Virus record (IMG/VR): IMGVR_UViG_2974563859_000001
DNA: 64,000 nt
Direction: 5' to 3' (one strand)
Source of the DNA: a virus
Taxonomy: Duplodnaviria > Heunggongvirae > Uroviricota > Caudoviricetes
Below the pieces are notes generated by a model. It was not told the origin of the DNA. It did no database searches and saw only the letters and a program-made list of their open reading frames with translations. Within the stretch, counting starts at the first letter, position 1; each line of letters starts with the position of its first letter. Position numbers and translations under genes: made by a program. Shown piece after piece: positions 29,651-37,936 of this stretch.

Positions 29651-30184
29651 TTATTCTCCATTTCTTATTTTTAAAGCACGTTCTTTATATTCAACGGCAA
29701 GACTATCTGCCATTTCTTGGTAGTAAGTATATGGATCATCTTTTAATGTAATGTTCTTTCCTTTGTGACCTCTTAACCAATTAAACTGTAATATGATACG
29801 TTTCCTAGCAAAATAAATTTTATATTCATTTAATAATTTCCATAAATCTAGATTTTTTATTTCCCCAGAAGAATTTCTCCATCCATTTTTAATCCATTTA
29901 TTTAATCTATCTCTTGCCCCTAGTATAGTATATTCTGAATCTGATATAATTTCAATGACTCCTATTTCATTAGGATTCTTTTCAACAAAATCTTTCATTT
30001 CTTTTAACCCTAAAATTACACCCATTAATTCATTATAATTATTTGTTGATTTATCAAAAGCTTTTAATCGTTTACCTATTAATTGAAATTCTTCATTTAC
30101 AAATAATGTTGCACATGTACCAAGAGCATCTGGTTTACCATTATGAAATGAAGCGGCATCTGAGAAAATATAAATCTTTTTCAT
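29651..30184 (-). CDS. rnhA: Ribonuclease HI, 177 aa
   Basis: FSDAA, TNNYNEL, SDSEY, WxKNGW, NLDLW, WLRGH, EMADSLA. Confidence 0.9.
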   Translation of the reverse strand: MKKIYIFSDAASFHNGKPDALGTCATLFVNEEFQLIGKRLKAFDKSTNNYNELMGVILGLKEMKDFVEKNPNEIGVIEIISDSEYTILGARDRLNKWIKNGWRNSSGEIKNLDLWKLLNEYKIYFARKRIILQFNWLRGHKGKNITLKDDPYTYYQEMADSLAVEYKERALKIRNGE

Positions 30185-30219
30185 ATGAATTTCCTCCTAA
30201 AAAATATGTATTCATTATA

Positions 30220-30232
30220 ATAATATATATTT
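30220..30232 (-). promoter_or_regulatory. Early promoter box
   Basis: Exact motif upstream of RNase H. Confidence 0.75.
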
Positions 30233-30267
30233 GAAACATGTATATGTTATTAATAATAATTAAAATA

Positions 30268-30279
30268 AACAATATAATA
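30268..30279 (+). promoter_or_regulatory. Late promoter AACA-ATATAA-TA
   Basis: Consensus match upstream of 30311. Confidence 0.7.
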
Positions 30280-30310
30280 TTTCATAATACTATAAGGATG
30301 GTGAGAAAAA

Positions 30311-31015
30311 ATGTTAGTACCAAAGATGAATAATCCAAGTCTTATAAATGAAGATGAGTCTTATGAAGTTGTAATTGATTCTATTGATGATCGTGCAGAC
30401 TTTTTTAATTTTGAAATTACTTCTAATGAGAAGGAAAGACTAAAATTTATCAAACGAATTGAAAAGATAATTAGACGTTCATTTGAATATAAAACTTATA
30501 TTGGCTTTTTAAAAAATGAACTAGATTTGACAAAATGTACTTTCCTTCCAATGGTAGATACAAAGGAAATTAAAAAAGTTGGTTTAGAATTCCATCACTA
30601 CCCTTTTACTCTTTTTGATATTGTAAGCATAGTACTAGATGAACATATTCTTGTTAATGGAGAAAAAAGAATTAATCCATTTGATATTGCTGAAGAAGTC
30701 ATGGAATTACATTATCAGAATTATATAGGGTTAGTTCCACTTACAAAAACTGTCCATGAGCTAGTACACTCTGGAAAGATTTTTGTAAACCTTAACTATG
30801 TATTTGGTAACTATACTAAGTTTATTAATAAGTATGAGTCAGCCAATACTGAAAATTTCCAAGTATTATTAGGTAATTTAGAACAACTTAGTCAGAAAGA
30901 AGATAGAGAAGGAAGTATTAATGGTGATATCCTAGACAAGAGTCTATTAAAACTTAATATTAAAGATATTGAAAATCCTAATAAGATTGAAGTAGAAGAT
31001 GAACTTCTTGCATAA
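30311..31015 (+). CDS. HNH-like (His-Me finger) protein, 234 aa, paralog of 42300..42965
   Basis: LEFHHYPFTL, GLVPLTKTVHELVH. Confidence 0.55.
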   Translation: MLVPKMNNPSLINEDESYEVVIDSIDDRADFFNFEITSNEKERLKFIKRIEKIIRRSFEYKTYIGFLKNELDLTKCTFLPMVDTKEIKKVGLEFHHYPFTLFDIVSIVLDEHILVNGEKRINPFDIAEEVMELHYQNYIGLVPLTKTVHELVHSGKIFVNLNYVFGNYTKFINKYESANTENFQVLLGNLEQLSQKEDREGSINGDILDKSLLKLNIKDIENPNKIEVEDELLA

Positions 31016-31074
31016 ATATTAAGTTTTAAAAAATTTATTTCTCTTTTTTATTTTAAAAATTACCCTGCATTTCA

Positions 31075-31086
31075 AACAATTTAATA
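31075..31086 (+). promoter_or_regulatory. Late promoter AACA-ATTTAA-TA, predicted TSS 31086
   Basis: Consensus match directly before a GC-enriched non-coding block. Confidence 0.7.
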
Positions 31087-31346
31087 CGTGTGAGAGTAGC
31101 ATCCTTTCACGATGTTCACACGGAAGGAGATAGTGAGAGGTCTCCTTCTTACTCAACTGTTCGCAATGTGATTTCTCCATTTAGTACTCTGTGCATACCT
31201 CTATAGGTAAACTCTTTATGGGATGATCTTTGTCATTGGTTTTTGTTTCACCTCCGCATTAGTCACTGAGAGGTTTACCGATCCTCTTGGTGACAATGTG
31301 ACTGTTCTAGTTGTTAATGTTGGTGCAATTCCAACAGCAGTCACCA
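31086..31346 (+). ncRNA. Structured ncRNA ending in a tRNA-like minihelix with CCA
   Basis: Several helices; acceptor GACTGTT/AGCAGTC, T-arm GTTGG-TGCAATT-CCAAC, ACCA at 31343-46. Confidence 0.7.
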
Positions 31347-31575
31347 AATCTAAAATATAAAATTAGCTTTTCATTGGCGGAAAACACTTTTTTATATTTA
31401 AGAAAATATAACCATCAAACGTTTCTATTCCCTATTAATAGTTAGATGATAACGATCTTTCTATTACATCCAATCCGATACTCCTTCTAATTTTTATTGG
31501 TCTAATCAATTCTGTTCGCCATTGATTTAACTAATAAGATTTAGAAGGGGTAAATTATTGAAAGGAATGATTTAA

Positions 31576-31935
31576 GTGAATATAGTACTTGAAGCTTTGC
31601 TTCTAAAAAAGTTTGAAAAAGAAATTGATGCATTACATACACATTTAAAAGCTGAAATAGAAAGAGCTATTAATATTTATAAAAATTTAGCTATTGAAGA
31701 ACTCTTAGATTATAATAAAAATTATGAACTACAAGAAGAATTCTCTTCTCCGTTTAAAAGCAAGTGGATTAAGAATATTGAATATCTTACACATTTAAAA
31801 AGATCTATGAATCTTGGTCAATTTAATATTCTTAAAGCAGATATAGAAGAGTTAGATAAACATCTTTCTCATCCAAAATTAAATAGAGACAAGACTATTA
31901 TTCGTTCTTTAATTGATGAAATATTAAAATTTTAA
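31576..31935 (+). CDS. Hypothetical protein, 119 aa
   Basis: GTG start with AAAGGAA RBS. Confidence 0.5.
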   Translation: MNIVLEALLLKKFEKEIDALHTHLKAEIERAINIYKNLAIEELLDYNKNYELQEEFSSPFKSKWIKNIEYLTHLKRSMNLGQFNILKADIEELDKHLSHPKLNRDKTIIRSLIDEILKF

Positions 31936-31969
31936 TTTCATTAATTTTTATAAAAATAATCCTACACTT

Positions 31970-31981
31970 AACATATAAATA
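31970..31981 (+). promoter_or_regulatory. Late promoter AACA-TATAAA-TA for the tRNA transcript
   Basis: Consensus match ~90 nt before the tRNA. Confidence 0.65.
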
Positions 31982-32071
31982 TAAGGACGACATATTTTAA
32001 AATTTGTCTATGAACTTGTTAAGTATGGCAGTATTTAATAAGTTTAAAAATTTTACTCTTCTAGATTTTAT

Positions 32072-32145
32072 TGGGATATAGCCAAGTGGTAAGGCAACAT
32101 GCTGTTAACATGTCTATTTCGTAGGTTCGAATCCTACTATCCCAG
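32072..32145 (+). tRNA. trnN: tRNA-Asn (GTT), CCA not encoded
   Basis: Acceptor TGGGATA/TATCCCA, D-loop AGTGGTA, ACATG-CTGTTAA-CATGT, GTAGG-TTCGAAT-CCTAC, discriminator G. Confidence 0.95.
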
Positions 32146-32188
32146 TAAAGTCTAGAAGGGTTTTTACTGCCTATTTAGGAGGTCTATA

Positions 32189-32326
32189 ATGTTTAACTTC
32201 TTAATAATCTTATTTGATATATTTATAATATTATGTATGTTACCGTTTCTATTTATATTTAATTCAATGGGAAAAATGATCCTGCTAAAAAATAGGGAGA
32301 AAAATATAGATGTTAAAAAAGATTAG
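32189..32326 (+). CDS. Small membrane protein, 45 aa (MFNFLIILFDIF...)
   Basis: AGGAGGT RBS; hydrophobic N-terminal half; not in ORF track. Confidence 0.6.
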   Translation: MFNFLIILFDIFIILCMLPFLFIFNSMGKMILLKNREKNIDVKKD

Positions 32327-32645
32327 ATATTTTATTAAATCAGATGTAGAGTTACATTGTCGTAATATTTGGGAAGATGGAGTTAAAAGGATTGATGGTT
32401 TTAATTTTATAAGTAAGAAACCATTTTCTAATAGTTATCAGTATCATGCACCTCTAACTCTTGAATGTACTTATAGAATGTTAAAACTGATTCAAAGATC
32501 TATAAAAGAAAATAAGAGATCATTAACTTTTAAAATTAATCATGGTATGTCATGTAGTGAATCTATTACTATATGGAAAGGTAGTTTTAAAAAAGCTGAA
32601 AAATTAATGTTTGATTTAATAGAAAATATTCAAAAACAATATTAA
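32310..32645 (+). CDS. Hypothetical protein, 111 aa
   Basis: AGGGAG RBS. Confidence 0.55.
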   Translation: MLKKIRYFIKSDVELHCRNIWEDGVKRIDGFNFISKKPFSNSYQYHAPLTLECTYRMLKLIQRSIKENKRSLTFKINHGMSCSESITIWKGSFKKAEKLMFDLIENIQKQY

Positions 32646-32727
32646 TTTTCAAATTAAAAACTAAAATAAGTAAACTAGATATTAGATAATCTAGTTTACT
32701 TATTAAATTATGGAGTGAGGAGTATAA

Positions 32728-33498
32728 ATGACAATGTTAACGGTTAAACAGAGAATCGGAAATCTACATGATAATATCAATAATGCAAGAAGTAATATAG
32801 TAAGTCTCTCAGACAATATTAATGAAATTAAAGAAATCTACAAGGAAATAAATTCTTCTAAATCATTTTTACAAGATGTTGAACAATTATTGGCTACAAA
32901 GTATAATAATGAGATTAAGAAGATTTTAGAAAGTATTTTTGATAATAAAACTTTAACAGGTTTCCATGAAAATACTGAAACTAATGTAGTTAATGCAAGT
33001 CTGAATTTATTTGATAAAATAACAAAAGATGTTGATGAAGAATTTTTTGATATTAATATATTGGAAATTTTATCTTCACAGAGAATTGAGATTGATTTTG
33101 ATTCTAGAATTATTGAGAATGTTTCAATGAAATCAACTTTGGAATTCATATCTAGTATTATTAGACAGAAGATAGAATCAAAAGAAGTATTAAATATTAG
33201 ACTAAATCATAATTTAAAACGTCTGGATAAGAGTATTAAGATCACAAAAAAATCAAGAGAAATCAATCAAGAATCTAAGAATAAGATAAATGAGCAAATT
33301 ATTGCCAATGAAATTTATATCACAAAGGCGAATAACTTTATTAAAGAGCCACAGTTAAATATTTATATCCAAAAACTAGAGAAAGAGATAGAATCTAGTA
33401 TGGAAAAAATGAAGAACTACTTAGATAGTTATTTTGGAATTGAATTTTTTATTCAAAGTAAAAATAATAGATTAAGTGAGTCATTATCCTCTAATTAG
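32728..33498 (+). CDS. Coiled-coil hypothetical protein, 256 aa
   Basis: GAGGAG RBS; heptad-rich N- and C-termini. Confidence 0.55.
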   Translation: MTMLTVKQRIGNLHDNINNARSNIVSLSDNINEIKEIYKEINSSKSFLQDVEQLLATKYNNEIKKILESIFDNKTLTGFHENTETNVVNASLNLFDKITKDVDEEFFDINILEILSSQRIEIDFDSRIIENVSMKSTLEFISSIIRQKIESKEVLNIRLNHNLKRLDKSIKITKKSREINQESKNKINEQIIANEIYITKANNFIKEPQLNIYIQKLEKEIESSMEKMKNYLDSYFGIEFFIQSKNNRLSESLSSN

Positions 33499-33503
33499 TT
33501 TAT

Positions 33504-33515
33504 AACAATAAATTA
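33504..33515 (+). promoter_or_regulatory. Late promoter AACA-ATAAAT-TA
   Basis: Consensus match upstream of the holin-like gene. Confidence 0.7.
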
Positions 33516-33537
33516 AATAAATAAAGGAGGGTTATTA

Positions 33538-33957
33538 ATGACACCTGAACTTATGAATTTAATTTATTGTGTTATTCTAGCAGTAGTTGTATTAGCTGGA
33601 GGTTTTGGAGTTAGTGTCTTCCTAAAAAGACATAAAGAACTAGCTCCAGTCCTTCAAGAAGTAACTAATGCTCTCCCAACTGTATTAGGAGTACTAAAGG
33701 CTATTGTGACTAAGGGTGTTTCACAACATCCTGCGGCTCATGCTTTTGATGTTTTACAAAAAGTGGCTGAAGTTGCCGCTAAAGGTGTAGAGCAAGTGAG
33801 TCAAGGTACAGAGTTGCAATCTGAAGAAAAATTAAAGTTGGCTAAAGAAAACTTCCATGCTATTGCTGAAGGTGTTGGTCTTAAGCCATCTGAACTTGAT
33901 GAGAAGGCTGTTGAAACTCTCATTGAGAATGTAGTATTTCATTTCAACAAAAAATAA
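33538..33957 (+). CDS. Holin, LL-H-like family, 139 aa
   Basis: One N-terminal TM; AAKGVEQ...EEKLKLA...IENVV motif; late promoter. Confidence 0.6.
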   Translation: MTPELMNLIYCVILAVVVLAGGFGVSVFLKRHKELAPVLQEVTNALPTVLGVLKAIVTKGVSQHPAAHAFDVLQKVAEVAAKGVEQVSQGTELQSEEKLKLAKENFHAIAEGVGLKPSELDEKAVETLIENVVFHFNKK

Positions 33958-33964
33958 TAAATTG

Positions 33965-33997
33965 CTCCTATAATCCTAAAAGATTATAGGAGTTTTT
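33965..33997 (+). terminator. Terminator after the holin
   Basis: ctcctataatc/gattataggag plus T5. Confidence 0.75.
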
Positions 33998-34010
33998 AAA
34001 TATATATTAT
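33998..34010 (+). promoter_or_regulatory. Early promoter box
   Basis: Exact motif. Confidence 0.75.
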
Positions 34011-34049
34011 TTCTTTGTAATTAGATAATAAAAATTAAGGGGGAATAAT

Positions 34050-34196
34050 ATGAATTATTCAGTACATATTGCGTATAAAGATTATGGAACATTCTACACT
34101 CAAATACCTGCAAAAGATTATAATGATGCTATTTCAAAAATGATCAATAATGCAGTTATGGAAGGAAAGCAAATACTATCTATCAAAGTTTATTAA
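34050..34196 (+). CDS. Small early protein, 48 aa (MNYSVHIAYKDYG...)
   Basis: AAGGGGG RBS; not in ORF track. Confidence 0.65.
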   Translation: MNYSVHIAYKDYGTFYTQIPAKDYNDAISKMINNAVMEGKQILSIKVY

Positions 34197-34208
34197 GGAG
34201 TAAAGTTA

Positions 34209-34388
34209 ATGGCTGTTAATGATACTTTAGGAATGATTATGGGTGTATTATTCATATTCATATTTACTTATGGACTAGTTACTGTTAAAACTAAATTAGA
34301 GAAAGCTATATTCTCAATATTTGCATTGTTATTTATTGGATTCTTTATTTTTAATATTACTATGTTAGTATTGGAAACAACAAGATAA
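34209..34388 (+). CDS. Small two-TM membrane protein, 59 aa
   Basis: AAGGAG RBS; two hydrophobic helices; not in ORF track. Confidence 0.65.
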   Translation: MAVNDTLGMIMGVLFIFIFTYGLVTVKTKLEKAIFSIFALLFIGFFIFNITMLVLETTR

Positions 34389-34407
34389 AATAAAGGAGTG
34401 ATTAATA

Positions 34408-34776
34408 ATGGAACATTCATTTTGTCCAGAGTGTTATGAGATGAGAGATTTTAATGAAGTTTTTAAAAGTGATACATTTAATTTCTATGGACAAGAAATT
34501 GAAATTACTAGTCGTTTTCTAGAATGTACAATATGTGGGGAAGAGATTACTGATCCAAAGAGAATTGATGAAAATTTTATTAAAGCTTATACTAAGTATA
34601 GGAATGAAAATAACCTTCTTCATTCAGAAGAGATAAAAAATATTAGAGAAAAGAAAAACTTATCTCAAGAAGAATTTGCAGAAATACTTGGTTGCTCTAA
34701 AAGAACTATTCAAAGAATTGAAACAGGAGCTTTACAAACTAAAGAACAAGATAAAAAAATAAGAGAATTAGTTTAA
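34408..34776 (+). CDS. MqsA-like Zn-ribbon + XRE-HTH protein, 122 aa, no adjacent toxin recognised
   Basis: CPEC...CTICGE; IKNIREKKNLSQEEFAEILGCSKRTIQRIETG. Confidence 0.8.
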   Translation: MEHSFCPECYEMRDFNEVFKSDTFNFYGQEIEITSRFLECTICGEEITDPKRIDENFIKAYTKYRNENNLLHSEEIKNIREKKNLSQEEFAEILGCSKRTIQRIETGALQTKEQDKKIRELV

Positions 34777-34804
34777 ATAACTAATTAATTGGGAGAGAAA
34801 ACAA

Positions 34805-35293
34805 ATGGCAATGACAGCGCAAACAGAGGAATTAATGAAAATGAGAAATTTACGTTCTAGAGACATTCAAGGTAGAAAGGCAATCCTAACTGAAGATGTT
34901 GCATTCTTTACTTCTGTTTCTAGAAATGATAATAGTCTTGTTGTATTTGAAAAAGGAACAGAGGTTACTGGTGTTTATAGAATGACCAATACTGATTTAT
35001 ATATCTTTAGATTCAATGGTTTATATAATTTTCCTATTAGATCATATAAATTTGAATGGAAAGACGAAAGAGAAGATGATAATTTATATAATGGGGGAAA
35101 AGACTTTACCTACTGTACTGAATGTAATGAAGTTCTTAATAGCGAAGATGACTTATACCCAGATATGTGTAATGAATGTGGTACAGAAAAAACATATAAT
35201 TTTAGAAAACCAATGAAATTTAGTAATGATAATGATGAATTTCACGAAATTACCAATTATGAACCAGTAGGATATTCAACTGATAATGACTAA
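34805..35293 (+). CDS. Hypothetical protein with a C-terminal Zn ribbon, 162 aa
   Basis: CTEC...CNEC. Confidence 0.55.
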   Translation: MAMTAQTEELMKMRNLRSRDIQGRKAILTEDVAFFTSVSRNDNSLVVFEKGTEVTGVYRMTNTDLYIFRFNGLYNFPIRSYKFEWKDEREDDNLYNGGKDFTYCTECNEVLNSEDDLYPDMCNECGTEKTYNFRKPMKFSNDNDEFHEITNYEPVGYSTDND

Positions 35294-35317
35294 GTAGATA
35301 ATTCATGGGGAATTTAA

Positions 35318-35358
35318 AATAAGAACAATCTTATATAGAGGTTGTTCTTATTTTTTTT
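35318..35358 (+). terminator. Terminator hairpin containing a late promoter (35324-35335)
   Basis: aataagaacaa/ttgttcttatt plus T-tract; AACA-ATCTTA-TA in the 5' arm. Confidence 0.6.
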
Positions 35359-35399
35359 TATTATATGTTTAAAAATTATTTAAATGGGGAGAATTATAA

Positions 35400-36650
35400 A
35401 TGAGAGAATCTAGAATAGTGGCGTGTAAAATATCAACATCTATTTCTTCTTTAATTGGAAATATTACTGGTTATGCTAGATATTTTTTATCTACAAAGTT
35501 TCCTCCTGATTTTTTTAAAGATACTCATATTAGTGGTGCTTTAAATGAAATAAGAATGGAAAATGTAGATATTACAAAATTAAGAAAACCTACTCTAATT
35601 ATGACACCTGAATATAACGGTGAAACCGGATTTATGGAATTGTTACCAAATTGGCACACAACACAATATTTTACCTTTAAGAATCCAAGGAAGAAATATA
35701 ATGGTGTACTATACGATAATAAAAATGATATTTATATATACTCAATACCTGATAGAATTAAGGTAAACTTCAATATTAAAATAAAGTTACCATCTGAATT
35801 GTATGCTTATGATGTACTACATTATGTAAAACAAACATTTGAAACTGGTGGATATTTCTATTTAAATGATGTAAGTTTACAGACAGAATTACCAAAGATG
35901 TATACTAAAATTATAGAGAAAAAATTAAATCTAGATCCAACTAAACCAGATGATAGGGAGAAGTTAGAGGAATACTACTTGGCTAATTCCTATAATGCGA
36001 TCACAGAAAAAATCAATCAATCTTCAGGTAATAGCCAGTATGCATATACTTATAAAACTAATATTCTTGTAAATATTCCTGATTTACCTACTTATGAAAA
36101 AAATGAAAATGGTTTAATTACTGATAGTACAACAGTAAACTTTCCTTTTTCCTTTGAACTATGGTCTCATTCAAATTATATAATGGAAACTAAAGACGAT
36201 CCAATAATAGACACAATTAGTAATGAGCCAAGTATTGAAGGAAGAACTATGAAATATGACTTTTTTCTTCCTACCCATTTTATAAAAGAACAATATGATA
36301 GTATGCATCTAATTGTGCATAAACAATTCCTTCCAGATATTAATACAGAAGTTGACATACTAGATTTTAGTCCACTCATTAACTCCGAGTTAAGAGGAGT
36401 TATAGAGGAAGCACTAAAGCAAAAATTAGATATGTCAAAACTCTTGAAAGCCAGAGTATTAGTAGATAACAAAGAGATATATGAGGAACTCTTTAATGTG
36501 GATTGGAAGACTCTCAACTTAATAACGAAAGAACCTATGTATAACATGACTTATACGCTAATGATTTATGGTGATTTAAAAATTTTAAACCTCATAAGTA
36601 AGTATATTGCGGAGGGCACAAAGGAGAAGATATCTGAAATAGAACTATAA
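35400..36650 (+). CDS. Probable virion structural protein (neck/tail-completion-like), 416 aa
   Basis: Long ORF behind a late promoter; KPTLIMTP and IPDRIKVNFNIKI beta-rich pattern. Confidence 0.45.
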   Translation: MRESRIVACKISTSISSLIGNITGYARYFLSTKFPPDFFKDTHISGALNEIRMENVDITKLRKPTLIMTPEYNGETGFMELLPNWHTTQYFTFKNPRKKYNGVLYDNKNDIYIYSIPDRIKVNFNIKIKLPSELYAYDVLHYVKQTFETGGYFYLNDVSLQTELPKMYTKIIEKKLNLDPTKPDDREKLEEYYLANSYNAITEKINQSSGNSQYAYTYKTNILVNIPDLPTYEKNENGLITDSTTVNFPFSFELWSHSNYIMETKDDPIIDTISNEPSIEGRTMKYDFFLPTHFIKEQYDSMHLIVHKQFLPDINTEVDILDFSPLINSELRGVIEEALKQKLDMSKLLKARVLVDNKEIYEELFNVDWKTLNLITKEPMYNMTYTLMIYGDLKILNLISKYIAEGTKEKISEIEL

Positions 36651-36672
36651 AAATTAGAAAGATGGGATTCAC

Positions 36673-36957
36673 ATGAAATTAGAAGAGCTTTATCAGACAC
36701 TTAAAAATGAGTATCTTTCAGGTAAATTTTATATTGAAGATAATAAAATTAATTGGATTTACAGTACTGAAGGTGTAAAAAGTGCTGAAGAAGCTGAAGA
36801 CAGATGGCTTTCCTTTCTAGGTGCAAAAATTACCGCCGAGAATATCATTGAGGGAACAAACTTTGAAATTATTCAAAAGTTTGAAAGTAACAATAAGATT
36901 GGTTTTTCAATTAGAGAAAAACTAGTCAAAAAGAAACAAGAATGTTTCTATTATTAA
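36673..36957 (+). CDS. Hypothetical protein, 94 aa
   Basis: ORF; followed by a hairpin at 36959-36995. Confidence 0.5.
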   Translation: MKLEELYQTLKNEYLSGKFYIEDNKINWIYSTEGVKSAEEAEDRWLSFLGAKITAENIIEGTNFEIIQKFESNNKIGFSIREKLVKKKQECFYY

Positions 36958-37019
36958 AAAGATAAAATATCTCCTATCTGGAGATATTTTATCTTCATAC
37001 CGTATTATAGTAATATTTC

Positions 37020-37032
37020 AAATATATATTAT
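37020..37032 (+). promoter_or_regulatory. Early promoter box
   Basis: Exact motif. Confidence 0.75.
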
Positions 37033-37081
37033 ATTAATGTTAATAATAGGGATTAGATAAGAGAAAGGAGAAACAGTATTA

Positions 37082-37123
37082 ATGAATAAATTATATTTAA
37101 AATTACATAATATTAAAACATAA
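37082..37123 (+). CDS. Micro-ORF MNKLYLKLHNIKT (13 aa)
   Basis: AAAGGAG RBS; first cistron after an early promoter. Confidence 0.45.
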   Translation: MNKLYLKLHNIKT

Positions 37124-37157
37124 AATATGGAAAAGAAGTGCATAAGGAGAGAATAAA

Positions 37158-37394
37158 ATGAGATCACAACTATTTAAAGATTTATTAAAAAAGTATAAAG
37201 AAGATAATGAGAATTTTAAATTAAGTGTTTGTGGTAGAGAGTATAGAATAACAGATGTTGTTAATGCTATTGAGATTTTTAGAGATGTTATTTTGGGAAC
37301 TAAGTTTGATTGTAATTTTAGTGTATCACAAGATGGAAGTATAATTATTGCTGAAATTTCTATATTTAAGAATGAAGACAAGGAAGTAATCTAA
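37158..37394 (+). CDS. Early hypothetical protein, 78 aa
   Basis: AAGGAG RBS. Confidence 0.6.
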   Translation: MRSQLFKDLLKKYKEDNENFKLSVCGREYRITDVVNAIEIFRDVILGTKFDCNFSVSQDGSIIIAEISIFKNEDKEVI

Positions 37395-37420
37395 AGAGAT
37401 AATATTGGGGGAATATAATA

Positions 37421-37876
37421 ATGTACAGATCAGATAAAGAATTCTATTCAAAGAAAATCGATAAAATGATATCTAATGTAATTGATGATTATACTGATGA
37501 GCCGTATTATGAATTCTTTGATAAAGGAATTAGTATTGAAAGTCTAATAAGAGAAGAGAATAGAAATAATCCTGTTGAAAAATCATTTTTAGAAGCATTA
37601 AAAGAGTTCAATATTAAATTAGATGTTCCAATGTTTGCTCATCTAAAAGATAGAAATGATCCTTTTGATTTACTTAATGTATTTCTATTAAAAGAATATG
37701 TAGTGATATTGAGTTATTATTCAATTGGAAGTGTAGTTGATACAGCATCAATTTATAAACTAAATGATCCTAAAGGTTATTTTAAAGAAGAACCCTTGGA
37801 TGTTGAGCCTGAATCAATTGATATTCTATTTGAAAGAAAAAGAAATGAAGAATCAAAATTAATTAGTGTGAAATAA
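37421..37876 (+). CDS. Early hypothetical protein, 151 aa
   Basis: GGGGGA RBS. Confidence 0.6.
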   Translation: MYRSDKEFYSKKIDKMISNVIDDYTDEPYYEFFDKGISIESLIREENRNNPVEKSFLEALKEFNIKLDVPMFAHLKDRNDPFDLLNVFLLKEYVVILSYYSIGSVVDTASIYKLNDPKGYFKEEPLDVEPESIDILFERKRNEESKLISVK

Positions 37877-37880
37877 TAAT

Positions 37881-37910
37881 GGATAAGTAAGGAATATTCC
37901 TTACTTATCC
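37881..37910. repeat. Perfect 30-bp palindrome, possible terminator or processing hairpin
   Basis: ggataagtaaggaat|attccttacttatcc. Confidence 0.7.
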
Positions 37911-37936
37911 ATCCTATTCTATTTGGAGGTATAGTA

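Noticed and set aside
31086-31346. tmRNA (standard or permuted) or true tRNA
   Set aside because: No G3-U70, no tag ORF inside the acceptor-enclosed region (both acceptor strands lie within 47 nt), and no anticodon arm
31211-31348. Minus-strand ~43-codon ORF (TTG GTG ACT GCT GTT...MTKIIP) and other tiny antisense ORFs
   Set aside because: No RBS or promoter for the long form; the plus-strand promoter, helices and CCA explain the sequence better
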